Shown here: positions 48,996 to 59,251 of the stretch, piece by piece
How positions within the stretch are numbered: position 1 is the stretch's first letter
Layout: every line of letters begins with the position of its first letter
IMG/VR virus record: IMGVR_UViG_3300010213_000001
Coordinates: 180,701 to 244,700 of that record
DNA from: a virus
Lineage: Duplodnaviria > Heunggongvirae > Uroviricota > Caudoviricetes
DNA: 64,000 nucleotides
Strand: one strand, 5' to 3'
The notes under the pieces: generated by a model
Database searches by the model: none
What the model saw: the letters and a program-made list of their open reading frames with translations, nothing else
Told to the model about the DNA's origin: nothing
Made by a program: the position numbers and the translations under genes

Positions 48996-49277
48996 TTATT
49001 TGTTTAGCTTTTTGATAGTTTCATTATTCTGCTTGATATCCTTACGAACCTCTTCAGCAGCTTTTTGTAATTTGTCTATTGTCTCTTGATTAGAGTCAAT
49101 AAACTTTTTAAGTTTTTTACTGTTCGTTTTTCTCTTCGGTTTTTTTGACGTCAAGTTTGTACTTTTGATCAAATTTACTCTTAGGCAGAAACCACTTATC
49201 CGCGCTATCAACCCAACCAAGGAATGTATTAAATACAATATAGCCTCCATCAGTATTATTATAGCTGATTGTACCAT
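48996..49277 (-). CDS. hypothetical basic protein (start uncertain)
   Basis: Overlaps 49117..49581 by about 160 nt in another frame; one of the two probably starts later. Confidence 0.3.
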   Translation of the reverse strand: MVQSAIIILMEAILYLIHSLVGLIARISGFCLRVNLIKSTNLTSKKPKRKTNSKKLKKFIDSNQETIDKLQKAAEEVRKDIKQNNETIKKLNK

Positions 49278-49581
49278 CTAAAGTATCTAATTCAAACTCT
49301 CCTTCTGGAGCAGGAATTACAGCAACAATGTTCTTTTCAGCTAATACTAATCCTCCAGGAAGATTTCTTTCTATAACTCTCCATCCTTTTGGATGCGTCA
49401 TATTGCCTTGAACTATATGTGTACTATCGTCAGAGTTTAGGGCGAGCCAGCAACCATCATCAGCTCCTGTCTGAAGCTTCTTACTTGTACCATCAGGTAA
49501 TTCCAAAGTGATTTTTTCTTTGATAAATTTGAAGTAACGGCTTTCCTGTTTAGGAATACCAGTCATATATCTTACGCTCAT
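49117..49581 (-). CDS. hypothetical protein
   Basis: Balanced composition over 154 aa. Confidence 0.5.
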   Translation of the reverse strand: MSVRYMTGIPKQESRYFKFIKEKITLELPDGTSKKLQTGADDGCWLALNSDDSTHIVQGNMTHPKGWRVIERNLPGGLVLAEKNIVAVIPAPEGEFELDTLDGTISYNNTDGGYIVFNTFLGWVDSADKWFLPKSKFDQKYKLDVKKTEEKNEQ

Positions 49582-49676
49582 ATTAATCTTAGTTTAGATT
49601 GGAAAGTGATTTATTAAGGTTGAATCTACTTAGCTCCTTATCTATATCAGCTATACTTTTCTCAAGTTCTAACTGC

Positions 49677-50459
49677 TTAGCAACTAATAGGAAATGTATA
49701 TAGTGTTCCAACTTCTAATTCAGATATATCAATATCTTTACCGAAGATTATATCATACAATCTTGATTGAGATTCTGTGCAATCTTGTCTCAGTTTTCTG
49801 TAAAATTCTAAATTAACCTCAACAAATTTATTATATAATATAGATGACCATGCTGCTGCTAGTTTTGGTTTCTGTTCTACTGGTGCGGCATTAATAATGA
49901 TTTGAGCATCTTGTTTACTTAATGTAAAAGGAAATCTGTGTGTATTATATACAGTACTACTGTTAGTCTTAAATAGATCAGCTACTTCTATTACTTCATA
50001 AGATTGATCGATGAAGTATTCCAAATCTGAATACTGACCTTCTACTATAAGATAACATGTCTTATTTTTATAATTTTGCCAGCTATCATGTTTTAAATAC
50101 CTCTGCCCACCACTCCAAGTATAACCTTGTCTATCAGCTTCCTCTAGTAACATCTTAGCCTCTTCAAGAGTTTTTGCATGATAAGCAGTGTTACTTTTAA
50201 ATATTATACCTGGCTTATGTATTATCTCTGAATTATATGTTTTGAAGAACACATCAAATCTTCTATATGTTATCACTTCCTCCCAGAAATCAAGTCCTTC
50301 TGTAGTAAAAGTCCAATCAAATCCTCCTTCTTGAGAGGTTGATTTTATATCTTTTTCAAATATTGTGATATCTTTTGTGCCTGTATGCTGTTCCTGATAG
50401 TAGAGCATCTTTTCTAGTATTACTTCAGGAAATCCAAAAATTTCTCCTTTATATGACAT
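49677..50459 (-). CDS. hypothetical protein
   Basis: ORF track. Confidence 0.5.
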   Translation of the reverse strand: MSYKGEIFGFPEVILEKMLYYQEQHTGTKDITIFEKDIKSTSQEGGFDWTFTTEGLDFWEEVITYRRFDVFFKTYNSEIIHKPGIIFKSNTAYHAKTLEEAKMLLEEADRQGYTWSGGQRYLKHDSWQNYKNKTCYLIVEGQYSDLEYFIDQSYEVIEVADLFKTNSSTVYNTHRFPFTLSKQDAQIIINAAPVEQKPKLAAAWSSILYNKFVEVNLEFYRKLRQDCTESQSRLYDIIFGKDIDISELEVGTLYTFPISC

Positions 50460-50471
50460 AGTAATTTAGAT

Positions 50472-50810
50472 TTATTTCCATAAATATTTATCACATAGAT
50501 AGTTTGTCACTACTATTGATGATATACTCTGGAGTATTAATCCCCAACCATTTACACAATAACCTGATGAAAATCCAGCTACTTGAATATTATCGTAACA
50601 GCTGTCACTTAAGATAATGAAGATAGTACTTATAATACCAATTACTATTATCAGTCCAAGTAACTTTACAACGATCTTGATAAACTCTGGTATATGTGCA
50701 TGCTTGAAGCGTTCTACAATCTTGTATACCATAATACACAACAATGCCCCAAAAGTACCCATAACAGCACCAATCAATATATTTAAAATTATAGCGATGA
50801 TTGTTCCCAT
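50472..50810 (-). CDS. hypothetical membrane protein
   Basis: Three hydrophobic helices. Confidence 0.45.
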   Translation of the reverse strand: MGTIIAIILNILIGAVMGTFGALLCIMVYKIVERFKHAHIPEFIKIVVKLLGLIIVIGIISTIFIILSDSCYDNIQVAGFSSGYCVNGWGLILQSISSIVVTNYLCDKYLWK

Positions 50811-51112
50811 AATTGTTTATGTTTTTGATTAATTTTATTAATAGCTTCATTTAAATACTCAATTTTAGAATTTGATGGATACCAACCTTTAATTAGGCTT
50901 ATCATCATCCTATTCCTTTCATCCTCTAAGGTAGTGGACATAATACATAACTCACGCAACGATTTAATATTATCTATACTATCTAGAAACTTCATTTGCT
51001 CTGGCGTATACACTACTTTATTCTTAAGTTTAGTGTACTTAGACTTAACTCTTCTAAATAATAGATAATCTAAAGCTCCATCACATATAGCACACATGAT
51101 ACTATATATCAT
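50789..51112 (-). CDS. hypothetical protein
   Basis: ORF track. Confidence 0.45.
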   Translation of the reverse strand: MIYSIMCAICDGALDYLLFRRVKSKYTKLKNKVVYTPEQMKFLDSIDNIKSLRELCIMSTTLEDERNRMMISLIKGWYPSNSKIEYLNEAINKINQKHKQLWEQSSL

Positions 51113-51339
51113 TACTTTAGAAGTTTAGAGTGAGCGCAGAGATCATATGATTTATAATGACAAACATCTATTAATCCTTTGTGATGTATATGCCTGACTA
51201 CAATCTTAGTATCTTGATTGCCTTGCTTATAAGATATCTTTAAGACCTCAACCCCAAGAAATGATACTTGAGTAGGTTGTGTTACAATAAATACTAATGC
51301 TATAAGACTTAGCACGAAAGTTATAATTACTGTTCTCAT
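51112..51339 (-). CDS. hypothetical protein with N-terminal TM helix
   Basis: MRTVIITFVLSLIALVFIVTQ. Confidence 0.4.
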   Translation of the reverse strand: MRTVIITFVLSLIALVFIVTQPTQVSFLGVEVLKISYKQGNQDTKIVVRHIHHKGLIDVCHYKSYDLCAHSKLLK

Positions 51340-51344
51340 AAAAA

Positions 51345-51866
51345 TTAAGTTAAAGGAGATTCTTCATAAAGATAAGCTAGTTCATCAAGAACTATACATT
51401 CTTTATTTAATATTAATACAGATTCGCAATCCCAACCATATAGATTAGGTAAAGATAGGTGTGTTTCGGATAATCCATTAGTAGTAAGATGTACAGCATC
51501 ATAATCTTTAGTCATACTCTCAAAGTCAAGACATTCTGCGAGCTTTATTCTTATTAGCATATTAAACATTCTTGATTGTTCAGAAATATCTTTAAGATTA
51601 TACTTATCTAATAACTTTATTAAGTCAGAAAGGCAATCTATAGTACATATCTTACTATTCTCAGATAAGTTTAATTCAAAAGAATTTTCTTTCTCACAAG
51701 TTCTAAATGATGAGTCCTTACACCAGTCTTTCCACCCATACTTTGAATCTATTGGAGATGTCCACAATCCACCAATAGGTTTATTTACTATTGGTAAAGG
51801 TACATTCTTTATAGGTACAAACTTTTCATCTATAAATGATTTGCTTCCGTAATGTATTAATTTCAT
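51345..51866 (-). CDS. hypothetical protein
   Basis: ORF track. Confidence 0.5.
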   Translation of the reverse strand: MKLIHYGSKSFIDEKFVPIKNVPLPIVNKPIGGLWTSPIDSKYGWKDWCKDSSFRTCEKENSFELNLSENSKICTIDCLSDLIKLLDKYNLKDISEQSRMFNMLIRIKLAECLDFESMTKDYDAVHLTTNGLSETHLSLPNLYGWDCESVLILNKECIVLDELAYLYEESPLT

Positions 51867-51880
51867 TTGTATGTTTTAAG

Positions 51881-51994
51881 AGAGTCCAAGGGGAATCGAA
51901 CCCCTGCTTATTCACCTTATATCCTATCTAGAATAGGAAGGTTCTCTTTCTCCTGGGATTTGGAGCGTGCTACCACTACACTATAGACTCTTAC
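51881..51994 (-). ncRNA. tRNA-like element with ~45-nt insertion and non-canonical anticodon arm
   Basis: Minus reading: acceptor GAGUCUA…UGGACUC (6 WC pairs plus 1 G•U), D-arm GUG-UAGUGGUAG-CAC, T-arm AGGGG-UUCGAUU-CCCCU. Between them lie a 4-bp stem with 8-nt loop (CUCC-AAAUCCCA-GGAG) and an extra hairpin UCCUAU-UCUAG-AUAGGA. Total about 113 nt. Confidence 0.4.
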
Positions 51995-51996
51995 CA

Positions 51997-52500
51997 CTAG
52001 AACTTTGTACTATAGAAGTTGAATACTTCTTTAGCGACATCAATTAAATGACTATCGTTATTGTATACTCCACTAAAAACTATTTTTGGATTCTCGACTA
52101 AAGCAGTTTTAGGTATTGTACACATAGTATATGAAAAGAATCCCTCTCTATCAAACATTCTAGTATTTATAGGGATACTTAATACATCATCTTTAGACGT
52201 CAGTACTATTCCAATATGTTGATCCAATCTTTCCCCAACTATTACAGCATAATGCTTCAAGCCTTTAATATATACTATATCTCCAAACCCTAAATATTGA
52301 GGTACAAACATATATCCATGTTCATATACTCTAGCTTTGTAACTAGCCTCTTGTGTTACATCTTCAAAACTCTTATTCTTTTCTAGAATAGTTTCTATGT
52401 GAGTTAGAAAGTTAGTAACTATATTAGAGTGTATAGTATCTTTATCCAGCTTTTCTTGGAAATAATCTTGAATAAGATTTCTAAATTTCTTTACATTCAT
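51997..52500 (-). CDS. hypothetical protein
   Basis: ORF track. Confidence 0.5.
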   Translation of the reverse strand: MNVKKFRNLIQDYFQEKLDKDTIHSNIVTNFLTHIETILEKNKSFEDVTQEASYKARVYEHGYMFVPQYLGFGDIVYIKGLKHYAVIVGERLDQHIGIVLTSKDDVLSIPINTRMFDREGFFSYTMCTIPKTALVENPKIVFSGVYNNDSHLIDVAKEVFNFYSTKF

Positions 52501-52764
52501 AATTTGAAAAGTTTATCAAACAACTTCTGACTACCTAATACCTTGTCAGCAGTATTGCTCATCAGATTGTAAAACGCAACATTTTAGTTCAATAGCCTAC
52601 TAATCTTACTTAATGTTAGGAAGAGTGATTTCCAACCACTTAACGTTGACATGAATCTTCTATATTAAATAACTGTTCGCACGTCATCTTGAACTATTTT
52701 AGTACTGCTGAGCAGATTTACTACGTATTTATTTTTGTTTGCTGTAAGTTGTTTTATATAAAAA

Positions 52765-52800
52765 TAATAAAGGGTACACTCAATAGAATGTACCTTTTAT
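52765..52800. terminator. putative bidirectional rho-independent terminator
   Basis: Hairpin ggtaca-ctcaatagaa-tgtacc, flanked by T/A runs on both strands, in a 465-nt intergenic region. Confidence 0.4.
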
Positions 52801-52965
52801 AAACTCGCATAACAAATATAAAAATAATTATTTTATAATATCTTATACAGTTATAATATACTTGGCAGTAATAGTGCTAAAATATAGATTATTCCTGCAA
52901 TCATTCCTGCAATTATACTATTCCTTTTATTTTGAGTGGTAGCATAATATATTATAAAGCATGTA

Positions 52966-53466
52966 CTATAATACATCACAGCTCCAATTAAAGATAATAA
53001 TAATCACTGCTTTACTACTCTCCTTATTAATATAAGGCAATACTAATGAGATTGGGAGTGTTATTATATATCCAGTTGTATTACCCTTGACTATATCGAG
53101 GGAACTGTCTGGCTTGCCAGCATTGCAGGAATATAATTCTATTGTCTTATCTTGAACAGAAGTAAAACTCAATCCACAGCTTCCATATCTATTACCATGA
53201 CCCCAAAATATAATGGTATCATATAGACTATAATCTATATCATTCTTAATAGTTGTAGGTTCTAAAGGAATTGGGCAGAAGAATCTAATAATACTAGGCC
53301 CTTCATCTACTAGTAACAAGGTCTTAGTTCTTGTAGAATACTCATAAGGATCAAACAACTTGAACGAGTATGCTGCAAGAAATGTAGAAAGAGCCATACA
53401 AGATAGAACAAAAGCAATCTTTACATGAGTTTTGAAAATTTTCATAATTGTGTTTTTATGTGACAT
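52966..53466 (-). CDS. hypothetical membrane / secreted protein
   Basis: N-terminal TM helix and a C-terminal hydrophobic stretch. Confidence 0.45.
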   Translation of the reverse strand: MSHKNTIMKIFKTHVKIAFVLSCMALSTFLAAYSFKLFDPYEYSTRTKTLLLVDEGPSIIRFFCPIPLEPTTIKNDIDYSLYDTIIFWGHGNRYGSCGLSFTSVQDKTIELYSCNAGKPDSSLDIVKGNTTGYIITLPISLVLPYINKESSKAVIIIIFNWSCDVL

Positions 53467-53849
53467 AATTCTAGTGCATTATATACAAATGGATAGTTCC
53501 ACAGTTCTTTCAGTTCCTTATTATTTACAAAACCTTTTACTACTACATTACTTTGCGGCGTAAGCATAGCAAATCTATTATAAATAAATCTACTACTATT
53601 AAAATTTGTAACAGACTCATAATCTACCAATACTGATACCTTCCTTTGTTGTTTTACACCGTTTCTATAAACATTATAAACAACTGTTTTGGTAGTTGGT
53701 GATACAATAATAGTATCCAGCTCAAATGAATGCTCGTCAGGATTTAAGTCAATAGTTCCAGATGACGGACTAGGTGGATTGTTTGCAGCAGCTACTGACA
53801 CAATAAATAAAATAAATAAACCGAAGAATAACAAAAATAAATTTTTCAT
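53442..53849 (-). CDS. hypothetical secreted protein
   Basis: Signal peptide MKNLFLLFFGLFILFIVSVAAA. Confidence 0.5.
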   Translation of the reverse strand: MKNLFLLFFGLFILFIVSVAAANNPPSPSSGTIDLNPDEHSFELDTIIVSPTTKTVVYNVYRNGVKQQRKVSVLVDYESVTNFNSSRFIYNRFAMLTPQSNVVVKGFVNNKELKELWNYPFVYNALELCHIKTQL

Positions 53850-53942
53850 ATGATATACAGTTAAAAAATAAAAATAAATAAAAACAAAGTTTTGGTGCGA
53901 GACTGGGACTCGAACCTACGACCTTCCTTATTATACTATTAG

Positions 53943-55271
53943 TTATATACTTAAAACTTTAAACCAATTGTCTTGATTGAGACCACCTGATAACTGAAGT
54001 TTATAAGCTTCTTTTATCAACTGTCCCATTTTAGGACCTGGTTGGATACCTCTTTCCATAAGTAGTCTAGAATTGACAATAGGTATAAACCTACCTTGTG
54101 CCATCATACTACTAACTCTATCATTCATATCATTTATGAATGTAAAGTCTGGAACTATAGGAGGTCTTCCCGATTCATCAGCTTTCATTGCTTTAACTAA
54201 ATCATTAAAAGTAAGTCCAGCCTTGAATAACTTATCTGCTTTGTGCGCCAACTTCTTATCTTTAATAGATTTAGAAGTATGTAACATATGCATTTCAACT
54301 AGTACTAGAATCTTATCAATCTCCTTTCTACCTCCAAATCCTGGAGCTGCTTCCAACATTACTCTACTAAGCATAATATCAGCTAATGGAACAGAATCAT
54401 CTTCATGTCCAATAGCTTGTATCTTTCCAGTTACAGGATGGATAGTAGTAGTCACAGATTTACCTAGGTCATGACACATCATAACTATTCTAGTAAAATA
54501 GTCATTAGCTGCATCTATACAGTGCATAGTATGTGAATAAGCATCTCCTTCTGGATGGTGTGTAGGATCTTGAGGTATACCTTTTAAGTCGTATAACTCA
54601 GGGAATATGTTATCCCAACCTACTTCATATATAAAATTGAAGAACATGCTAGGTTTGACAGCTTGCTTCATAGCTTTATATAATTCCATACCAAACCTTT
54701 CAGCTGGTAGATTGTCACTATTAAGACTCTTACACATATCAATCAACTCTTGGGTAGGAGTTAGATTGAACCTAGATATAAATCTAGCAGCTCTTAATAC
54801 TCGTAGTGGATCTTCAGCAAATGCTGCTGATACAGGTCTTGCAATCCTATTCTTTAAATCTCGAAGACCTCCATAAGGGTCTATCAACTCTCCTGTCAAT
54901 ACATTTTTAGCAATTGCATTGATAGTCAAGTCGCGTCTTAATAAGTCATCTAGAATAGAGGCATTAAATATTACCTCAAAGTCTTGATGTTTATTACCAA
55001 TCTTTTTCTCTCCTCTACATAAAGCAAAATCATACTCTTGGTTGTCTATTACAGCCTTTACGACTGCTAATGAACCTCCAACAGCTTCCTTTGTAATATG
55101 AGAAGAGAATGGTGTTAGGTACTCAACCAGTGTGTTGAAATTACAGTTTTCAACTGCAATATCAATATCATCACAAGGAATACCTAGAATTTCATCTCTA
55201 ACACACCCTCCTACATAATATAGGTTAATGTTTTTAGCTACTAGAGTCTTAGCTATGTTTGTAATAGACAT
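53943..55271 (-). CDS. cca: tRNA nucleotidyltransferase (CCA-adding enzyme) with C-terminal HD domain
   Basis: Pol-beta-like head domain YYVGGCVRDEILGIPCDDIDIAV (GG..RD....D.D motif). Then RRDLTINAIA and EDPLRVLRAARF motifs. C-terminal HD motif MMCHDLGK. Confidence 0.75.
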   Translation of the reverse strand: MSITNIAKTLVAKNINLYYVGGCVRDEILGIPCDDIDIAVENCNFNTLVEYLTPFSSHITKEAVGGSLAVVKAVIDNQEYDFALCRGEKKIGNKHQDFEVIFNASILDDLLRRDLTINAIAKNVLTGELIDPYGGLRDLKNRIARPVSAAFAEDPLRVLRAARFISRFNLTPTQELIDMCKSLNSDNLPAERFGMELYKAMKQAVKPSMFFNFIYEVGWDNIFPELYDLKGIPQDPTHHPEGDAYSHTMHCIDAANDYFTRIVMMCHDLGKSVTTTIHPVTGKIQAIGHEDDSVPLADIMLSRVMLEAAPGFGGRKEIDKILVLVEMHMLHTSKSIKDKKLAHKADKLFKAGLTFNDLVKAMKADESGRPPIVPDFTFINDMNDRVSSMMAQGRFIPIVNSRLLMERGIQPGPKMGQLIKEAYKLQLSGGLNQDNWFKVLSI

Positions 55272-55350
55272 AATAAGTTTATTTTACATTATTGAATAAA
55301 TTCCATATCTTATGAATATAATAGAAAGTATTGTAACTATTATACCAGTT

Positions 55351-55788
55351 CTAAACTAGTTCTAAAGTGATTGTATTGCCTCCTATAATCTTCTCAGTTC
55401 TACCAAACTCAATTACTTTAAGTATTAGTATTTGTATAGCAGGAATATGAGAAGATTTAATCTTCCCAGTGTACATACTATCGTACATATGATAGAATAG
55501 ATCTTTAACTCCTACAACAGTTATATCTTTAACTGTAGAAGAATTATCAGAGTGAACTAATCTAAACTTGTGACCATCTGGTTTAGTCATATAAACCTTT
55601 GTCTCTTTTCCATGCTTAGTTTTCTCTTGTACGTGCCACAATAAGTAGCCTGAATCAAGCAGCTCTAAAGCTAATTCAGTGAATTGAGAATCAGACAAAT
55701 GTTTAACAGCGAATGTCATACCTACAATGTTTCTGTTGTAGGTATTGATTACACTTCTGTAATGATTGATTAATTTACTTTTGCTCAT
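55351..55788 (-). CDS. hypothetical protein
   Basis: ORF track. Confidence 0.5.
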   Translation of the reverse strand: MSKSKLINHYRSVINTYNRNIVGMTFAVKHLSDSQFTELALELLDSGYLLWHVQEKTKHGKETKVYMTKPDGHKFRLVHSDNSSTVKDITVVGVKDLFYHMYDSMYTGKIKSSHIPAIQILILKVIEFGRTEKIIGGNTITLELV

Positions 55789-55816
55789 GACGAATAAATA
55801 TTTAAGTATTGAAAAA

Positions 55817-56035
55817 TTAAAATTGGTACTTTAGTATAAATATAGACACTGCATGTCTAGCCGCCTTCTTAAAGTACCTTCTTCTTTGGCGTTTAGTACT
55901 AGAATTTCTTATATAAGATCTGTACTCACCTCCCTTACGAGGTAGTTGTCCTATACAAGATTTTCTAGCAGTCTTTTGCATGTCGAGTATATCATTGTAC
56001 TCTTCAAACTTTTTGTTTCTGCCGTATGGAACCAT
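55817..56035 (-). CDS. hypothetical small basic protein
   Basis: Arg/Lys-rich 72 aa. Confidence 0.4.
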   Translation of the reverse strand: MVPYGRNKKFEEYNDILDMQKTARKSCIGQLPRKGGEYRSYIRNSSTKRQRRRYFKKAARHAVSIFILKYQF

Positions 56036-56371
56036 AAGTTTGCTTTTATTTAAACAAATAAAAGTTGCACCAAGACTCGAACTTGGATGTATCTATTATC
56101 TACCCACACTAAACTACCTTACTAACTTCCGTTATCAGATATTGACTACGATTGCTCCTCACACTTACCCATTACTGCTATACAGTAATATTGATCGTAG
56201 GTTTACTGAACATTGCTCTCCAAAAGCTTTCATTCAATAAGTTTAGTTGCATTTTTAAGACAGTAAGGCGAAGAAGAGAACAAAGTCCCGAGCCCTAGTA
56301 ATCCGCAGTTATGTATTATATGGTACAATAGATATGCATTACCAATTATGCTATGCAGCTGTAAATATTAA

Positions 56372-58342
56372 TTATATTCTTATTGACAATTCACAATTTC
56401 CCAATTCGTAGACATTTACTTTAACGCCATCATCAGATCTATATTCTTTACTTACTGTGAATAAGCTTGGATCTAGATTGAATACTGATCTTAATATAGA
56501 TTGATCAAAGTATGTAACATTTTCTAGGAATGTAGCTTTCTTTATAGTAGTAACTACTCCTGTGGCGTTGGTATAATATCTATCTCTTGAACTAGAAAAT
56601 GGTGATACTTTGTTATTATATCCCACTCTATGCGATGGACATCCGTTAGCAGCAACTATTACAGTTGATACTAAAGTCTCATTTACTTGCACACTATCTT
56701 TCTTGTATCCTAGTCTAGCTAAGATATGGGATAGTTTTCTATACCCTTCAATAGCTTGTTGTTCAGCCATAAAGAAAGTTATAGATTTCTTACTAAGAGC
56801 TTTATTTATTTTTTCCAGCTCTTTTGATACACTAGAGAAATCTTTAGTGTCTTTGTCTGCAAGCTTATCCATAAGGTCACTCTTTCTATTCTTCAAGTTT
56901 ATACGCTTTACTATACTGTTAAACAGTTTAATATTAGCATAAGATGTAGAAGTATAATTGGAGAAGAATGATCTTACCTTATCTTCATCAGCTAATTTAT
57001 CTACTACAGTACCAAATTTAGTATAAGCTTCTATTGCTAGAAACTTAATTGCTTCTTTAGCAATTCCTAATTTGATAGAGTAATATACAATAAGTGCTTG
57101 ACTATATTCCAACATAGTTAAGAGTGGAGCTATCTTCTTACCTTTGTCAGTAAATCGATTACTCTCATCTATAACATTATTGTTACGGAGTTCCTCAAGG
57201 ATATTATTATACAGTCCTTGATCGTATGGAGTTATAAGTTTATCGTTATCAATATTCTGTGCTATTGTATTAACAACAAACTCTCTAGCATCTAATAAAT
57301 CTATGGCTCTTAGAGGATAATCTTTACGATTATCATATGAGCCAATTAGAGTATACTTGTAAGGAAGAGAATCTTCCTCTAATGCAATTCTACCTATACG
57401 ACCTGCGGCTTGAATTATCTCTGCTTTAGATACATCAAAGTCTGTAAGATCTTTCACACCCTTATTATTAACCAGGTGTCTAATAACACCTAAATCAACA
57501 ACAGCTTTTATCCAACTAGGATATGTAAGACCAGTACGTCCAATATTAGTCGCAACTATAACAGCTTGACCATCTTCCTCTTTATGTTGAAGATAAGCCA
57601 TTCTCTCTTTGTTATCTAACTCTCCATGCATCACATATACAGACACTTTATTAGCTGTCTTATTTGTATATGTAGTAATCATATCTACTACTTCTTTTAT
57701 TTCTCCTTTGCCTGGACAAATAGTAATAAAAGAATATCCTTCTTGCAATCTAGTATTGATAACACTTCTTAAATCGTGTGTTGAATCAATCTTACCAAAT
57801 ACAGGACTGCCTTCAACATGATGGGATGTTGTTGTAGCTTCTATTATTGAACACGACAAATAGTCAGCAAACATACTTCCTTGTACTGTTGCAGATGTAA
57901 CTAATACTTTACATCCTAATATCATACATTTGTACAAATTAACAACAGTATTAAATTCTAATTGATGTGCTTCATCAATTATAACAAGAACATCTGACAT
58001 ATCCTCTTTATCTAGTTTAGATGTCAGGATACCTTCTGTCATATATACTATCTGTGCATTAGTATTGGAACTAGTGCCACGACCAGTGATATGACCAATC
58101 AATTGTGATTGTCCACTACCCTCTATTGCAGTTGCAGCGTTTGATTCTGCTTGAGCAACACGAGGTTGGGACACATATACCTTACTTATTCCTTTAACTG
58201 TTTGTCTTAGGTAGTAAGGCAGATAAATTGTCTTACCAGTTCCTGTCGCACTAGTTAAGACGCATCTACCATTATCATTTAGTTGATTAGCAATAGCATC
58301 AACATAACTAGATATAGGTAGATTTAAATACCAATCTTTCAT
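56372..58342 (-). CDS. DEAH/DExH-box (HrpA-like) RNA helicase
   Basis: Motif I TSATGTGKT, II IIDEAH, III SAT, V VATNIGRTGLTYP, VI QAAGRIGR. Confidence 0.7.
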   Translation of the reverse strand: MKDWYLNLPISSYVDAIANQLNDNGRCVLTSATGTGKTIYLPYYLRQTVKGISKVYVSQPRVAQAESNAATAIEGSGQSQLIGHITGRGTSSNTNAQIVYMTEGILTSKLDKEDMSDVLVIIDEAHQLEFNTVVNLYKCMILGCKVLVTSATVQGSMFADYLSCSIIEATTTSHHVEGSPVFGKIDSTHDLRSVINTRLQEGYSFITICPGKGEIKEVVDMITTYTNKTANKVSVYVMHGELDNKERMAYLQHKEEDGQAVIVATNIGRTGLTYPSWIKAVVDLGVIRHLVNNKGVKDLTDFDVSKAEIIQAAGRIGRIALEEDSLPYKYTLIGSYDNRKDYPLRAIDLLDAREFVVNTIAQNIDNDKLITPYDQGLYNNILEELRNNNVIDESNRFTDKGKKIAPLLTMLEYSQALIVYYSIKLGIAKEAIKFLAIEAYTKFGTVVDKLADEDKVRSFFSNYTSTSYANIKLFNSIVKRINLKNRKSDLMDKLADKDTKDFSSVSKELEKINKALSKKSITFFMAEQQAIEGYRKLSHILARLGYKKDSVQVNETLVSTVIVAANGCPSHRVGYNNKVSPFSSSRDRYYTNATGVVTTIKKATFLENVTYFDQSILRSVFNLDPSLFTVSKEYRSDDGVKVNVYELGNCELSIRI

Positions 58343-58369
58343 AAAAATTAAATTTAAAGTGATTTACCG

Positions 58370-58443
58370 TGGATCAGCTAGGACTCGAACCTAGGACTTC
58401 GATATTATGAGTATCGCACTCTAACCAACTGAGTTACAGATCC
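58370..58443 (-). tRNA. tRNA-Met/Ile2 (anticodon CAT)
   Basis: Minus reading folds canonically: acceptor GGAUCUG/CUGAUCC (6 of 7 pairs), D-arm ACUC-AGUUGGUUA-GAGU, anticodon arm CGAUA-CUCAUAA-UAUCG (U33, A37), variable AAGUC, T-arm CUAGG-UUCGAGU-CCUAG, discriminator A. CCA not encoded. 74 nt. Confidence 0.8.
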
Positions 58444-58834
58444 AGCCTTAACTATTCTTCATTACTATCTACTTCATCGAGCATCCTCTCTATATCTTCA
58501 AGAGGTAAGCTCTTCTGTAGCTCTTCTATCTTCTCTTCCCTCTTTACTTCAGTCAGAGGAATTAGCGAAACTATAGTCTAGGCTAAGATAAAAAGTCCCA
58601 AGATAATGTATAATAGTATCATAAATAATTAATTTAGTTTTAGCACCCTCTATTACTAGTAGGGTCACAAGTAGTCTCTAGAAAACTACTTTTGCTGGGA
58701 ACTCATTCATACCGTAACTCATACTTGCTTACGCAGAGGCTTTGTTATCCTAACCCTTTCCCAAGAGGTCGATATGTAGTAGATTTCGCTACTCATTCTT
58801 ATTTTACTTCGTGTCAATGTTTTCCGAAGTGTTA

Positions 58835-59251
58835 TTATATTATATGCAAGCCAATTACCTGTTCAACAACTGGCTTTATCTTATTCCAATCTACACTTAG
58901 TTCTACTGGTTTGTAGATTGAAACTTGATCTATAAATAATATACCAGAGTCTCCTTGCTTTACAGCATCCTGTAGAACTATCTTTTGTCTACTAGAATTA
59001 TAAGTGATTATTATTGAAAACTCTTGCGCAACTTCAGATTGTAAAATCTTGAAGTTAAGAATTGTTTCTGTCTCTGTCTCAACTCTATCTATCAAAGATA
59101 AGGTGGATTTGCTGTCTCTCCAATTCTGAGCTGTAGCAAATGAAACAATAAATAATAAGACTAAAGTTAAAATGGTATTTTTCATATAAATTAAATTAGA
59201 TAGTAAGTAATGATTTAGTTGGGAAGAGAGGATTCGAACCTCCAATTTCAC
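58835..59251 (-). CDS. hypothetical secreted protein
   Basis: Signal peptide …MKNTILTLVLLFIVSFATAQ. Confidence 0.5.
   Translation of the reverse strand: MKLEVRILSSQLNHYLLSNLIYMKNTILTLVLLFIVSFATAQNWRDSKSTLSLIDRVETETETILNFKILQSEVAQEFSIIITYNSSRQKIVLQDAVKQGDSGILFIDQVSIYKPVELSVDWNKIKPVVEQVIGLHII

Noticed and set aside
50605-50850. Minus-strand ORF 50605..50850 (81 aa) overlapping 50472..50810 and 50789..51112
   Set aside because: Almost entirely embedded in two better neighbours in another frame. Tyr/Trp/Cys-rich nonsense-like translation.
53887-53930. tRNA 3' half (UGGUGCGAGACUGGGACUCGAACC) between the CCA gene and the upstream ORF
   Set aside because: The T-stem pairs only 3 of 5 positions and there is no 5' half within 100 nt. 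Likely a decayed tRNA remnant; reported only within the tRNA-like cluster finding.
56036-56371. Group I intron or plus-strand Q element (AAUCCGCAG at ~56300) in the gap upstream of the basic 72-aa ORF
   Set aside because: An isolated 9-mer match without a P/R/S partner in the correct order. The region does contain another T-arm-like motif (56055..56075), but no coherent fold could be built by eye.
58444-58834. Degenerate group I intron upstream of tRNA-Met (R-like UCUAGAGACUAC and S-like AAGAUAUAGAG on the minus strand)
   Set aside because: The elements are imperfect and there is no interrupted host gene or P/Q pair. Possibly an intron relic or a structured leader of the tRNA transcript, but too weak to call.
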